A stretch of 64,000 nucleotides of DNA from contig MPDD01000006.1 of assembly GCA_001874265.1 (NCBI GenBank), forward strand, positions 31,778 to 95,777, read 5' to 3'. Positions 41,434 through 51,882 of the stretch are shown here, piece after piece. Both the position numbers and the translations under genes were made by a program. The notes beneath the pieces are model-generated. The model searched no databases and was not told the DNA's origin. It saw only the letters and a list, made by a program, of their open reading frames with translations. This DNA comes from Bacteroidetes bacterium MedPE-SWsnd-G1 (lineage in GTDB: Bacteria; Bacteroidota; Bacteroidia; Flavobacteriales; Flavobacteriaceae). Position 1 is the first letter of the stretch; the number at the start of each line of letters is the position of its first letter.

Positions 41434-42084
41434 TTAAACGGAGGCAACTATTTGTTCACCACCCTTTACCTTATCATTTAAAGAAACATTAATTTTTGTT
41501 CCTAATGGTAAAAATAAATCTACTCTTGAACCGAATTTAATAAATCCGGCGTCTGTACCTTGTGTTACTGTAGTATCCTCAACAGCATAATTTACAATTC
41601 TTTTAGCTACTGCACCTGCAATTTGTCGATAAAGTACTGGCCCAAAAGTTTCATTCTCAACCACTATTGTTGTGCGTTCATTTTCAGTTGATGCCTTTGG
41701 GTGCCAGGCAACCAAATATTTGCCAGGATGATATTTACTGTATTTAACACAGCCACTAATTGGGTATCTTGTAACATGTACGTTCAACGGAGACATAAAG
41801 ATTGATACTTGTAATCTCTTGTCTTTAAAAAATTCAGTTTCTTCAACTTCTTCAATAACAACTACTTTGCCATCAACAGGGGCGATAACATTTGAATCAT
41901 TTACAACAGTATTTCTAGTAGGATTTCTAAAAAATTGTAAAACTAATATATATAGAATGATAAATACGGATTGCATTGACATGGCAAGCCATGATATATC
42001 GATTAAAGAATCAATACTTAAAATTGCAATTAAAAGAATTACAGAAGCAATACTTATAATTTTAAACCCTTCTTTGTGAAACAT
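41434..42084 (-). CDS. psd: Phosphatidylserine decarboxylase proenzyme
   Basis: FFRNP, APVDGKV, SIFMSPLNVH, IKFGSRVD autocleavage motif; ATG at 42084. Confidence 0.93.
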   Translation of the reverse strand: MFHKEGFKIISIASVILLIAILSIDSLIDISWLAMSMQSVFIILYILVLQFFRNPTRNTVVNDSNVIAPVDGKVVVIEEVEETEFFKDKRLQVSIFMSPLNVHVTRYPISGCVKYSKYHPGKYLVAWHPKASTENERTTIVVENETFGPVLYRQIAGAVAKRIVNYAVEDTTVTQGTDAGFIKFGSRVDLFLPLGTKINVSLNDKVKGGEQIVASV

Positions 42085-42085
42085 A

Positions 42086-42898
42086 TTAAATGAATTGTAA
42101 GTAAATAAAAATAAAAGGTGCTGCAAAGATAACACTATCGAACCGATCTAGAAAACCACCATGTCCTGGAATAAGATTACTACTGTCTTTAATACCCGCT
42201 TGTCTCTTAAACATAGATTCAATTAAGTCGCCAAGAACACCAAATGTACTAACCAATAAAGATATTACAACCCATTGAACGGTAGTTAGTTCTGTAAAGA
42301 ATTGCGCAATTATAAAGCCACCAATAAGACATGCCACAAGTCCACCAATAAACCCTTCTACTGTTTTGTTAGGAGAAATATGTTTTAGAAGTTTTACTTT
42401 TCCAAAATTTTTCCCCACCAAATAGGCAAAGGTATCATTGCACCATATTAATAGAAATACACCTAAAATTGCATTGCTAGCATATTGTGGGTCATTATTA
42501 AGAAATGGAATCTGTGCAATTAATATAAACGGGATTACTATATAGATGACAGATAAAAATATTTTACCTAAATGATTTACAATTTCTTCTTTCTTGGCAA
42601 ATAGAATCCAAACAAATGAAGAGAAAATAGTAAGGAACAGGGCTACACCTGCATATCTTAGAATCATTTTAGAAGGCACATCTTCAACGTTAAGAATGTT
42701 TCCGAAAATAAACGCCGAAATTCCTATTAAATAAGGGAAAACACTTTTTAATTGTATCATTTTTAAAAATTCATACAAACAAAACAGCATCACTATAAAA
42801 AAGAGTACTAAGAAAGAGATTTTATGAAATAGTATTGAGAATATTAAAACAGCTACATATACTATTCCAGATAAAATTCGTTTGGTAAAGTTGTTCAT
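42086..42898 (-). CDS. cdsA: Phosphatidate cytidylyltransferase
   Basis: DTFAYLVG, ISPNKTVEG, GDLIESMFKR..KDS..IPGHGGFLDRFDS. Confidence 0.95.
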   Translation of the reverse strand: MNNFTKRILSGIVYVAVLIFSILFHKISFLVLFFIVMLFCLYEFLKMIQLKSVFPYLIGISAFIFGNILNVEDVPSKMILRYAGVALFLTIFSSFVWILFAKKEEIVNHLGKIFLSVIYIVIPFILIAQIPFLNNDPQYASNAILGVFLLIWCNDTFAYLVGKNFGKVKLLKHISPNKTVEGFIGGLVACLIGGFIIAQFFTELTTVQWVVISLLVSTFGVLGDLIESMFKRQAGIKDSSNLIPGHGGFLDRFDSVIFAAPFIFIYLQFI

Positions 42899-42901
42899 TC
42901 C

Positions 42902-43489
42902 TTAAAGATCTTCTAATAGCAACAAATATAAGTTTTTTGAATTAGTAGTGCCATAATTCATAAAATCATCGTTGCTAATTTTAGCTCCATAGTTTTTTAT
43001 TGGACTGATATTACCTGGAATATTTTTTTTATATTTTAATTTTATTCCTGTTAGACTTTCCCCTTTACTTTTAACTATCTGACTAGTAGTAGCAAAAACA
43101 ATAAAGTCGTTAGATAAGGTTGCTAATTTTTTATCCATTAATTGGCGTTCACAAAAAAGTATATTTCCGTTTTCTGAAATAAGTGACTCGCAAGAAGTGA
43201 AAAAAGGAATGTTCTTGTTAAAACCTCCATCCGTATGAACCTTTAAGGATGAGATATATTTGTTTAGATCAGCATCTCTCACTGAAATGGTGTCCCAATC
43301 GTTTTCTTTTAAAATATTTTGAATGTTATTTGTAACATCCTGATCTTTTAAGCAATACAAAAATTTACCACCTAATTTAATAAAGTTATGTACAAATGAA
43401 TCATCTAAAGAAAGCGTAACACTCTGTTCTTTAATTTCTTCTTCAGAGAATGCCTTATTTTTTTTAAATATTTTATTAAAAAAACTCAT
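42902..43489 (-). CDS. LUD (lactate utilisation B/C-like) domain protein
   Basis: Conserved Flavobacteriaceae gene between ftsH and cdsA; CESLISENG..FIVFATTSQIV. Confidence 0.65.
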   Translation of the reverse strand: MSFFNKIFKKNKAFSEEEIKEQSVTLSLDDSFVHNFIKLGGKFLYCLKDQDVTNNIQNILKENDWDTISVRDADLNKYISSLKVHTDGGFNKNIPFFTSCESLISENGNILFCERQLMDKKLATLSNDFIVFATTSQIVKSKGESLTGIKLKYKKNIPGNISPIKNYGAKISNDDFMNYGTTNSKNLYLLLLEDL

Positions 43490-43506
43490 TAAAAAATAAT
43501 TGTTTT

Positions 43507-45558
43507 TTAGTTTTCAGAAACTGGTTCTTCATCAATTTCTACATCCTTATCTATATCCTCAACTTTAGTATCTATATCTACTATAGTTGGTTCAGTTTTT
43601 GTCTCATTACTAGACTTTGATTTCAATGCTACTTTTTCCTCTTTTTGAAAAGGACGTTTGCCAAAAATTTCTTCTAAATTAGTTTTGAAAATCACCTCTT
43701 TTTCTAATAAAAGTTTAGCCAATTCAACTAACTGTTCTTTATGTTCAGTTAAAATTGCAATAGCACGTTCGTACTGAGTTTCAATAATTTTAGAAATTTC
43801 CTTGTCAATTAATTTAGCAGTTTCTTCGCTATAAGGTTTGGTAAAACCGTATTCGTTTTGACCGGATGAATCGTAATATGTTATGTTACCTAAGTTTTCG
43901 TTTAAGCCATAAACTGTTACCATTGCTCTAGCTTGACGTGTGATTTTTTCTAAATCGTTTAAAGCACCTGTAGAAATTTTATTGAAAATTAATTTTTCAG
44001 CAGCTCTACCTGCTAGAGTAGCACACATTTCATCTAACATTTGCTCTGTACGAACAATCATGCGTTCTTCTGGTAAATACCAAGCAGCACCTAATGACTG
44101 CCCTCTTGGAACTATTGTAACCTTAACTAAAGGTGCCGCATGCTCCAAGAACCAACTAGCAGTTGCGTGCCCAGCTTCGTGATAAGCAATTGTTTCTTTT
44201 TCGCCAGGAGTAATTATTTTATTCTTTTTTTCCAATCCGCCAATAATTCTATCAACAGCATCTAAAAAGTCTTGGTGTCCTACAGATTTTTTACTTTTTC
44301 TAGCAGCAATCAATGCAGATTCATTACACATATTTGCAATATCAGCACCAGAAAACCCTGGAGTTTGTTGTGCTAAAAATTCTAAATCAACATCCTTACC
44401 AAGTTTTAATGGTTTGATATGAACTTTGAATATTTCTTTTCGTTCATTTAAATCTGGTAAATCAACATAGATTTGACGGTCAAATCTACCAGCACGCATT
44501 AAAGCTTTGTCTAAAACATCGGCGCGGTTGGTTGCAGCAATAACAATAACGTTAACATCGGTTCCAAAACCATCCATTTCTGTAAGTAATTGGTTTAATG
44601 TGTTTTCGCGTTCATCATTACCACCAGTCATATTACTTTTTCCACGTGCTCTTCCAATTGCATCAATTTCATCAATAAATATGATAGACGGAGCTTTTTG
44701 AGCAGCCTGCTTAAACAAGTCTCTTACACGAGATGCACCAACACCTACAAACATTTCAACAAAATCAGATCCGGAAAGCGAGAAAAATGGTACGTCCGCT
44801 TCACCAGCAACTGCTTTTGCCAGTAAAGTTTTACCTGTTCCTGGAGGGCCTACTAATAATGCTCCTTTTGGAATTTTCCCTCCTAAAGAGGTGTATTTTT
44901 CTGGGTTCTTTAGAAAATCTACAATTTCTTGTACTTCTTCTTTTGCACCTTCTAAACCTGCAACATCTTTAAAAGTCGCTTTTACTTTTTGATCTTTATC
45001 AAATAATTTCGCCTTTGATTTTCCAATACTAAAAATTTGACCTCCAGCACCTCCACCGGCACCTCCAGACATTCTTTTCATAAAGAAAATCCAAATTGCT
45101 ACCAAAACAATAAGCGGTAACCAGCCAATAAGCTGAGACATTAAGTCTCCTTGACTTTTATTTGCGGTGTCAAAATCTAAATTTAACTCTGATCTTTTAG
45201 AATTTAAGTCATTTTCGAAATTTTGTAAATCTCCAAAATCATATGTGTAATGTGGTGCACCTGGGTCTTTTAACAAAGAAGGCTTTCCGATGTCTTTGTA
45301 TTTTTCTTTAGTAAGTGCCTCTGGTTTCAATATTATTTGGGCAACGTCCTTATTTACAATAGTTATTTTTTCAATATCATTGTCGGCAAGCATCACCTTA
45401 AAATCGTTCTTAGATAGATCATCAGAAACGTTACTAACGCCTCTCATTAATTGGTAACCTAAAATTAATGCAAAAATAATTGCATAAACCCAATAGGAGT
45501 TAAATTTTGGTAATTTGCCTTGCTCTTTAGCGTCTTTCTTTTCGTTTTTCTTACTCAT
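43507..45558 (-). CDS. ftsH: ATP-dependent zinc metalloprotease FtsH
   Basis: Two TMs, [32 protein letters not shown]. Confidence 0.98.
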   Translation of the reverse strand: MSKKNEKKDAKEQGKLPKFNSYWVYAIIFALILGYQLMRGVSNVSDDLSKNDFKVMLADNDIEKITIVNKDVAQIILKPEALTKEKYKDIGKPSLLKDPGAPHYTYDFGDLQNFENDLNSKRSELNLDFDTANKSQGDLMSQLIGWLPLIVLVAIWIFFMKRMSGGAGGGAGGQIFSIGKSKAKLFDKDQKVKATFKDVAGLEGAKEEVQEIVDFLKNPEKYTSLGGKIPKGALLVGPPGTGKTLLAKAVAGEADVPFFSLSGSDFVEMFVGVGASRVRDLFKQAAQKAPSIIFIDEIDAIGRARGKSNMTGGNDERENTLNQLLTEMDGFGTDVNVIVIAATNRADVLDKALMRAGRFDRQIYVDLPDLNERKEIFKVHIKPLKLGKDVDLEFLAQQTPGFSGADIANMCNESALIAARKSKKSVGHQDFLDAVDRIIGGLEKKNKIITPGEKETIAYHEAGHATASWFLEHAAPLVKVTIVPRGQSLGAAWYLPEERMIVRTEQMLDEMCATLAGRAAEKLIFNKISTGALNDLEKITRQARAMVTVYGLNENLGNITYYDSSGQNEYGFTKPYSEETAKLIDKEISKIIETQYERAIAILTEHKEQLVELAKLLLEKEVIFKTNLEEIFGKRPFQKEEKVALKSKSSNETKTEPTIVDIDTKVEDIDKDVEIDEEPVSEN

Positions 45559-45595
45559 CTATATAAGTTAAATAGGATGTAATTCAATTTTTTAA

Positions 45596-45964
45596 TTAGG
45601 CTGTAGTAATTGTTGTGATGGTGGCATCACCCCAAAGACCTTCAATATCGTAAAACTCTCGAACCGATTTTTGGAAAACATGAACGACAACATTTACATA
45701 ATCCATTAAAATCCACTCGGCATTTCCTTCGCCTTCAACATGCCAAGGTTTGTCTTGTAACTCTTTACTTACCATTTTTTGAATGGAACCTGATATAGCG
45801 CTGACTTGTGTGTTTGAGTTTCCTGTGCAAATTATGAAGTAATCGGTAACTGTATTGTCAATTTCTCGTAAATCAAATAGTTGAATATCTTCTCCTTTTA
45901 CTTCTTCAATACCTTTGATAATTACCGTTATTAATTGATCGGCACTAACTTTATTTTTAGTCAT
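45596..45964 (-). CDS. rsfS: Ribosome silencing factor RsfS
   Basis: DYFIICTGNS, WILMDYVNVVVHVF..REFYDIEGLW; TAACTTTG promoter element at 45994-45987. Confidence 0.95.
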   Translation of the reverse strand: MTKNKVSADQLITVIIKGIEEVKGEDIQLFDLREIDNTVTDYFIICTGNSNTQVSAISGSIQKMVSKELQDKPWHVEGEGNAEWILMDYVNVVVHVFQKSVREFYDIEGLWGDATITTITTA

Positions 45965-46049
45965 TAAAAAATGTTTAGTTTTGCTACAAAGTTATTGATT
46001 TTTATGGTTAATGCCATATTAATAAATAAGATTGTAATATAATATTTTT

Positions 46050-46778
46050 ATGCATTTAATCAAACTTAATGCCACCGAATCAACTAATACTTTTTTAAAG
46101 GAGTACATTCGGAAAAATGATGCTGAAAATTATACTGTTGTTTGTGCAAAAGATCAAACAAAAGGTCGAGGGCAATACAATGCTTCTTGGTTTTCTAAAA
46201 GTGGTAAGAATCTTACTTTTAGTGTTTTGCTTAAGTTTAGGAGTTTGTCCGTTGAAGACAGGTTTTACATTAGTAAAATAATATCACTTGCTGTTAAGGT
46301 GGCACTTGTTAAACTTTTGCCAAATAAGATTGTTGTTAAATGGCCAAACGACATATTGGCAGATGAAAAGAAAATTGCCGGAATTCTTATAGAAAACAGT
46401 CTAAAAAATGGTATTGTGTCACATTCAATTGTTGGAATAGGGCTTAATGTAAATCAGGAGCAATTTCCAAAACAGATTGATGCAATTTCAATGAAAAACT
46501 TGAGCGGTTCTCAATGGGATTTGGATGTTGTCTTGACTGCTATTGTAGATTCGATTAAATCGCACATGTATTTTCTTGAAAACAGAAAATTTACGGAAAT
46601 TGATGTGGAATACTTAGATGAATTGTACCGATTTGATATTATGTCAAATTATAAAGACTCGAATAACAATCTTTTAAAAGGGAAGATTGTTGGTGTCTCT
46701 CAAAATGGAAAATTACTATTAGAATTAGACTCCAAAGAGAGAAAAGAATTCGAAATTAAAGAATTGAAGTTTGTATAA
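46050..46778 (+). CDS. birA: Biotin--acetyl-CoA-carboxylase ligase (no HTH)
   Basis: STN, QTKGRGQ, KWPNDI, KIAGILIE, GIGLNV. Confidence 0.93.
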   Translation: MHLIKLNATESTNTFLKEYIRKNDAENYTVVCAKDQTKGRGQYNASWFSKSGKNLTFSVLLKFRSLSVEDRFYISKIISLAVKVALVKLLPNKIVVKWPNDILADEKKIAGILIENSLKNGIVSHSIVGIGLNVNQEQFPKQIDAISMKNLSGSQWDLDVVLTAIVDSIKSHMYFLENRKFTEIDVEYLDELYRFDIMSNYKDSNNNLLKGKIVGVSQNGKLLLELDSKERKEFEIKELKFV

Positions 46779-46796
46779 GAGAATTGATTAAAATAT

Positions 46797-48386
46797 TCAG
46801 GATTTGTAAATTTTCTTCATAAAGTTTTTACCAGTTATTGCAGATGCAGTTATAAGCCCTGCAAACAATGCCCCGCCAACACCAGCAGTTACAATATCTT
46901 GGCCTGTTAAAAATAATCCTTTAATAGGTGTTCTAGGTTGCAAGAATTTTTGTCGGAATCTTTCCGGAGTATGATCTAAACCATATATTTCGCCTTTGTC
47001 ATAATTTACAAAATGTGAAGTGCTCAACGGAGATGACAATTCATAACAATCAATTTTATCTTTTAAATGCGGTAACTGCTTAAATAGAACTTCGAATAAT
47101 CGTTTTGATATAGACTCTTTTAATTCATCATAATCTTCTCCACGTTTCATCCATTTGGAGTCTTTCCAAGGCTCAAACAATTCATAAGGAACTAATGTAA
47201 TTATATCAATGGTACTTTTTCCAGGATACCTATTAGACCAATCTGGATCTTTAGCGGAGGGAAAAGAAACATACACTACTGGAAATTCGCTATTTAAATC
47301 TTTTAAATAGTTCTCAACACAAGTATCATGATCATTTTTTTCTGGATATATCCATAAATTGTTCTTTGGTAAGTCTAATTCATCTGGAGAACCATTAAGT
47401 CCAATATACAAACTCACATGTGCTACTGACGGATTTACTTTTTTCAACTTATCTAATAGACCATATTTTTCAGCCACGGTTACTGGAAGTAATTTTTTAT
47501 AGGTATTGATAACTCCTGCACCGCTAATAATGGTTTTGGAAAAGAATTCTTTTCCATCTAACATTTTAACTCCTACTGCTTTATTGTTTTTAATTATAAT
47601 TTCTTCAACACCAGCATTAACAAGTGTAGTACCGCCTTGATCAGAAATAACGGATGTAACGGTGTCGGCAATTTTAGATGATCCACCAACGGGAAAATTT
47701 CCACCACTAAAATAGTGTTTTACAACTGAGGCGTGCATTGCAAAACTACTCTCTTTTGGAGGCAAACCATAATCGCCATATTGTCCAGTTAATACTTTTA
47801 TTAGGTCTTTATTTTGGGTTATTGAACTAATGAGTTCATAGGTTGTTTTGTCGGCATATTTCAGATAATCTTTCTGCATAAACTTACCTAGAATTTTGCT
47901 CAATAAAACGGGAATGGCTTTAACTGCATAAAATTTACTCATGGCCTTATTGGCGGCAAAAATATGATCAACATATGTATCAATTGCTATATGTTCCTCC
48001 GGAAAATATTCTTTTAATTGATTTTTAAAATTCTCAACTCCCTTAACTAAGTTATAACATTTAGAACCAATAATAATTTTGTCATATACCTCTCCCATGT
48101 CTGCCCATTTCAGGTTACCATTGGAGATATATTCAAATAATTTTGTTATTGGACTATTAGGTCTCCCTACCTCGCCAATATAATGAATACCCACATCCCA
48201 TTCGAATCCTTTTCTTTTAAATACATGTGTAAATCCACCAGCAGTATAATGCTTTTCTAACAATAAAATTTTCTTGCCTTCTTTTGCTAAAAGTGCTCCT
48301 GTAGTTAAACTTCCCATTCCTGTACCAATTATAATGGCGTCGTACTTATCTGCTAATTGATATTTTTTTTTATAGGATTGGATCAT
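46797..48386 (-). CDS. Phytoene desaturase/RETSAT-family FAD-dependent oxidoreductase
   Basis: IGTGMGSL, LEKHYTAGGFTH, WDVGIHYIG, FPVGGSSKIA, TPIKGLFLTGQD. Confidence 0.85.
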   Translation of the reverse strand: MIQSYKKKYQLADKYDAIIIGTGMGSLTTGALLAKEGKKILLLEKHYTAGGFTHVFKRKGFEWDVGIHYIGEVGRPNSPITKLFEYISNGNLKWADMGEVYDKIIIGSKCYNLVKGVENFKNQLKEYFPEEHIAIDTYVDHIFAANKAMSKFYAVKAIPVLLSKILGKFMQKDYLKYADKTTYELISSITQNKDLIKVLTGQYGDYGLPPKESSFAMHASVVKHYFSGGNFPVGGSSKIADTVTSVISDQGGTTLVNAGVEEIIIKNNKAVGVKMLDGKEFFSKTIISGAGVINTYKKLLPVTVAEKYGLLDKLKKVNPSVAHVSLYIGLNGSPDELDLPKNNLWIYPEKNDHDTCVENYLKDLNSEFPVVYVSFPSAKDPDWSNRYPGKSTIDIITLVPYELFEPWKDSKWMKRGEDYDELKESISKRLFEVLFKQLPHLKDKIDCYELSSPLSTSHFVNYDKGEIYGLDHTPERFRQKFLQPRTPIKGLFLTGQDIVTAGVGGALFAGLITASAITGKNFMKKIYKS

Positions 48387-48422
48387 ATTAAATGATTGTA
48401 AAGTTTTGAAAACCGAATATAC

Positions 48423-48451
48423 AAAAAAAGCGCACCCATTGGGTGCGCTTT
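48423..48451 (-). terminator. Terminator after the pyrE-SRPBCC pair
   Basis: aaagcgcaccca-t-tgggtgcgcttt with A7 on the plus strand. Confidence 0.8.
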
Positions 48452-48470
48452 ATATTTTGAATAAAACTAT

Positions 48471-48860
48471 TTACAGTTTGCTAATATTGTCAGATAAAGT
48501 GTCAATGAATTTTTGCAATGGTTTTTTAACCATCATTGCCATCATTGGATTAAAATCTCCTGCAAATAATAATTGAACTTCAGAACTATTGTCTGAAATA
48601 GCAGTAATTGTAGTAGTTAAAGTAAAAGATAATTTACTACTTGCAGCACCTAATACAACGGAATCAAATTCATTTTTTTCTTTCAATACCAATCTTATTT
48701 CTGGCATTCCTTTTAACGCAAAAATAAAAGAGTCACCGTCCACCTCAAACTTCTCTTTGTTCTCTGGCATTAATTGTTCAAAATTATTAAGATTTGTAAC
48801 AAAATTGAATAGTTCTTCTTGAGATTTTGATACCGTAATTTTTGGAGTTTCTAAATTCAT
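48471..48860 (-). CDS. SRPBCC-family protein
   Basis: FNFVTNLNNFEQLMPE..NPMMAMMVKKPLQKF; usual neighbour of pyrE. Confidence 0.75.
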   Translation of the reverse strand: MNLETPKITVSKSQEELFNFVTNLNNFEQLMPENKEKFEVDGDSFIFALKGMPEIRLVLKEKNEFDSVVLGAASSKLSFTLTTTITAISDNSSEVQLLFAGDFNPMMAMMVKKPLQKFIDTLSDNISKL

Positions 48861-48892
48861 ATTTAAAGAATCTTATGCATTATCTAAATTAG

Positions 48893-49534
48893 TTATTGTT
48901 TCCATTCACTTGGATTGGTTCTCCAATCTTGTAAAGTGTCTAAATCTTTTTCAGAAATATAATTAGTGTCATTTGCTTGTTCTAATAAAGCATCATAATT
49001 GCTCAAGGTTGTAAGCTCAACTTTTGCTTTTTCAAAATTTTCATCTGCAACCGCAAAACCATATGTAAAAATCGCAATCATTCCTTTAACAGTAACGCTC
49101 TCTTTATTTAAAGCCTTTACCGCATTCAAACTACTTTTACCTGTACTTATTAAATCTTCAATTACCACAACATTTGAACCGCTTTCTAAAAAGCCTTCAA
49201 CTTGATTTTGACGTCCATGCTTTTTAGGTTCAGGCCGGACATAAATAAAAGGCACCCCTAACTCTTCGGCCACCAATACACCAATTGCGATTGCACCAGT
49301 TGCAACACCTGCGATTACATCTGGTTTTCCATATTTTTCCAATACAATCTTGGCCAATTCTTGACGCAAATAGGTTCTAATTTTTGGAAAAGACAATGTT
49401 GTTCTGTTATCACAGTAAATTGGAGATTTCCAACCTGAAGCCCACGTGAAGGGGTCGTTTGGTTGCAGTTTTATCGCTTTAATTTGCAATAAACTTTCAG
49501 CAGTTTTTTTTGCAGTATCTTTGTTCATAATCAT
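48893..49534 (-). CDS. pyrE: Orotate phosphoribosyltransferase
   Basis: FTWASGWKSPIYCDNR, VVIEDLISTGKS; ATG at 49534 (or 49528). Confidence 0.96.
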   Translation of the reverse strand: MIMNKDTAKKTAESLLQIKAIKLQPNDPFTWASGWKSPIYCDNRTTLSFPKIRTYLRQELAKIVLEKYGKPDVIAGVATGAIAIGVLVAEELGVPFIYVRPEPKKHGRQNQVEGFLESGSNVVVIEDLISTGKSSLNAVKALNKESVTVKGMIAIFTYGFAVADENFEKAKVELTTLSNYDALLEQANDTNYISEKDLDTLQDWRTNPSEWKQ

Positions 49535-49541
49535 GCTACAA

Positions 49542-50126
49542 ATGTACACAATTTTTATTGAGGATATCCCAATTTATTTAACTGAAAATATTGAATTATC
49601 AACTAAAAAGAACTTTTATTTAAAAGATGAAATAACCATTGAATACTTGTTGAAACTGGCAAAATCTAAAACAATAGAATCTATTTATTTATACCATAAT
49701 GATTTGAAAAAATTATGGAAAGAATTCAAATGGTTTTTTAAAATTGAAAAAGCGGCAGGAGGTAAAGTTCAAAATGAAAATGGTGAAATTTTATTTATTT
49801 ATCGTTTCGAAAAATGGGATTTACCAAAAGGGAAAATTGAGAATGGGGAAAAGAAGAGAGAAGCAGCGATAAGAGAAGTTGAAGAGGAGTGCGGTATTTC
49901 TAAACTTGAAATTATTAAGAAACTTCCAAAAACGTATCACATTTTTCAAAGGAAAGGAAGAGAGACTTTGAAAATTACTTATTGGTATGCAATGAAAACA
50001 AATTATAAAGGTGAATTGATTCCACAAGTAGAGGAAGGAATTACAAATGTTGTGTTTAAGAATAAAAATGAAATTTCTGAAGCAATGGAAAATACATACG
50101 GAAACATACAGTTGCTATTCAATTAA
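49542..50126 (+). CDS. NUDIX hydrolase
   Basis: WDLPKGKIENGE...AAIREVEEECG Nudix box; ATG at 49542 (MYTIF). Confidence 0.9.
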   Translation: MYTIFIEDIPIYLTENIELSTKKNFYLKDEITIEYLLKLAKSKTIESIYLYHNDLKKLWKEFKWFFKIEKAAGGKVQNENGEILFIYRFEKWDLPKGKIENGEKKREAAIREVEEECGISKLEIIKKLPKTYHIFQRKGRETLKITYWYAMKTNYKGELIPQVEEGITNVVFKNKNEISEAMENTYGNIQLLFN

Positions 50127-50188
50127 TTAGATAACATAGTTCTAAATAGGGCAAAAACTGTATTTTTGCCGCTTTCAAAATTTAAACC

Positions 50189-51826
50189 ATGGAAAAATTT
50201 ATACGTAAAAGAGTAACGAACGCTAGAAATGATATTTTTTCTGGAATTACAGTAGCATTAGCTTTAGTACCGGAGGCTGTTGCATTTGCTTTTGTGGCAG
50301 GTGTAGATCCACTGGTGGGGTTATATGCAGCCTTTATGGTAGGTTTGATTACCTCGATTTTTGGTGGTAGGCCAGGAATGATTTCTGGAGCTACAGGTGC
50401 ATTAGCTGTGGTTATGGTTTCATTGGTTTCTGAAGGGAATGCGATGGGTGCTGATGGTGATAACCTTGGATTATATTATTTATTTGCGACTGTAATTTTG
50501 ATGGGAATTATACAGGTCTTGGCAGGTGTATTGAAATTAGGGAAGTTTGTAAGATTGATTCCACATCCTGTAATGATGGGCTTTGTAAATGGATTGGCTG
50601 TTGTTATTTTCTTATCTCAATTAGGAATGTTTAAGCAAACTGTTGATGGTGAGAAATCGTGGTTGCAAGGAAATGAATTGTATTTAATGGTTGGTTTAGT
50701 TGGTTTAACCATGTTAATTATGTGGGGGTTACCAAAAATAAAAGGTTTTAAGAAATTCCCTGAAGCACTTATAGCAATTTTGGTAGTATCCGGAATTGTA
50801 ATTTTTGGTGGATTAGATGTTTCTACCGTTGGTTCATTTATTAGAGATGGTGGGGGAGAAGGCTTGAAAGGTGGTTTTCCGTTACCAAATATGGAGACTT
50901 TTGCCAAGATCCCTTTGAATCTAGAGACATTGTATTTTATTGGCCCTTATGCATTAATACTAGCGGCCATTGGGTTAATTGAATCTTTAATGACTTTGAA
51001 TTTAATTGATGAATTAACAGAAACACGTGGAAATGGAAACCGCGAATGTATGGCACAAGGAGGTGCTAATATTATAACTGGATTATTCGGTGGAATGGGT
51101 GGTTGTGCTATGATTGGACAATCAATAATTAATATTAAAGGAGGCGGTAGAACGCGCTTATCTGGTATTGTTGCAGCGGTTACATTATTAATGTTTATTC
51201 TATTTGCTTCTGGATTAATTGAACAGGTGCCAATAGCAGCGCTTGTTGGAGTTATGTTTATGGTAGTTATCGGAACCTTCGCATGGTCAAGTTTTAGAAT
51301 AATTAATAAAATTCCCAAAACTGATTTATTTGTATTGATTTTGGTTTCTTCTCTAACGGTGGTATTTGATTTAGCAATTGCAGTTATTTCAGGAGTTATA
51401 GTAAGTGCGTTAGTGTTCTCTTGGGAAAACGCAAAACGAATTCGTGCTAGAAAACGTATGAAAGATGATGGTACTAAAATTTACGAGATTTGGGGGCCAT
51501 TATTCTTTGGTTCAATTACTGCTTTTAATGAAAAATTTGACGTAAAGGGTGACCCAGAAAAAGTTGAAATAGATTTTGTCGAATCTAGAGTTAGTGACCA
51601 TTCTGCGTTTGAGGCAATTTTAAATTTAGTCAAAAAGTATGAAGCCGTTGGAAAAACGGTGCGTCTAAAACATTTGAGTCAAGACTGTAAAGATTTATTA
51701 TATAAGGCAGATGCTAAGTTCAATGAGATTATTGTTGAAGATGTAGATGATCCACGTTATCATTTAGCTGAGGACCCAGAAAAATTCACAAAAGGATTAA
51801 GCGAATATAAATTGCTAGACAAATAA
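50189..51826 (+). CDS. SulP-family anion transporter with STAS domain
   Basis: ALVPEAVAFA, GGRPGMISGATGA, GGMGGCAMIGQS, GPLFFGS; TATTTTTG promoter element at 50161. Confidence 0.92.
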   Translation: MEKFIRKRVTNARNDIFSGITVALALVPEAVAFAFVAGVDPLVGLYAAFMVGLITSIFGGRPGMISGATGALAVVMVSLVSEGNAMGADGDNLGLYYLFATVILMGIIQVLAGVLKLGKFVRLIPHPVMMGFVNGLAVVIFLSQLGMFKQTVDGEKSWLQGNELYLMVGLVGLTMLIMWGLPKIKGFKKFPEALIAILVVSGIVIFGGLDVSTVGSFIRDGGGEGLKGGFPLPNMETFAKIPLNLETLYFIGPYALILAAIGLIESLMTLNLIDELTETRGNGNRECMAQGGANIITGLFGGMGGCAMIGQSIINIKGGGRTRLSGIVAAVTLLMFILFASGLIEQVPIAALVGVMFMVVIGTFAWSSFRIINKIPKTDLFVLILVSSLTVVFDLAIAVISGVIVSALVFSWENAKRIRARKRMKDDGTKIYEIWGPLFFGSITAFNEKFDVKGDPEKVEIDFVESRVSDHSAFEAILNLVKKYEAVGKTVRLKHLSQDCKDLLYKADAKFNEIIVEDVDDPRYHLAEDPEKFTKGLSEYKLLDK

Positions 51827-51855
51827 ATATACTTAGAAGTAAGAACAATTATTTT

Positions 51856-51882
51856 AAGGAGCGCGGAAGTGCTCCTTTTTTT
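51856..51882 (+). terminator. Terminator between convergent genes
   Basis: aaggagcgc-ggaa-gtgctcctt followed by a T-tract. Confidence 0.8.

Noticed and set aside
49446-49549. Long pyrE/NUDIX coding overlap implied by the ORF track
   Set aside because: Results from extended GTG starts; the plausible ATGs (49534 and 49542) do not overlap
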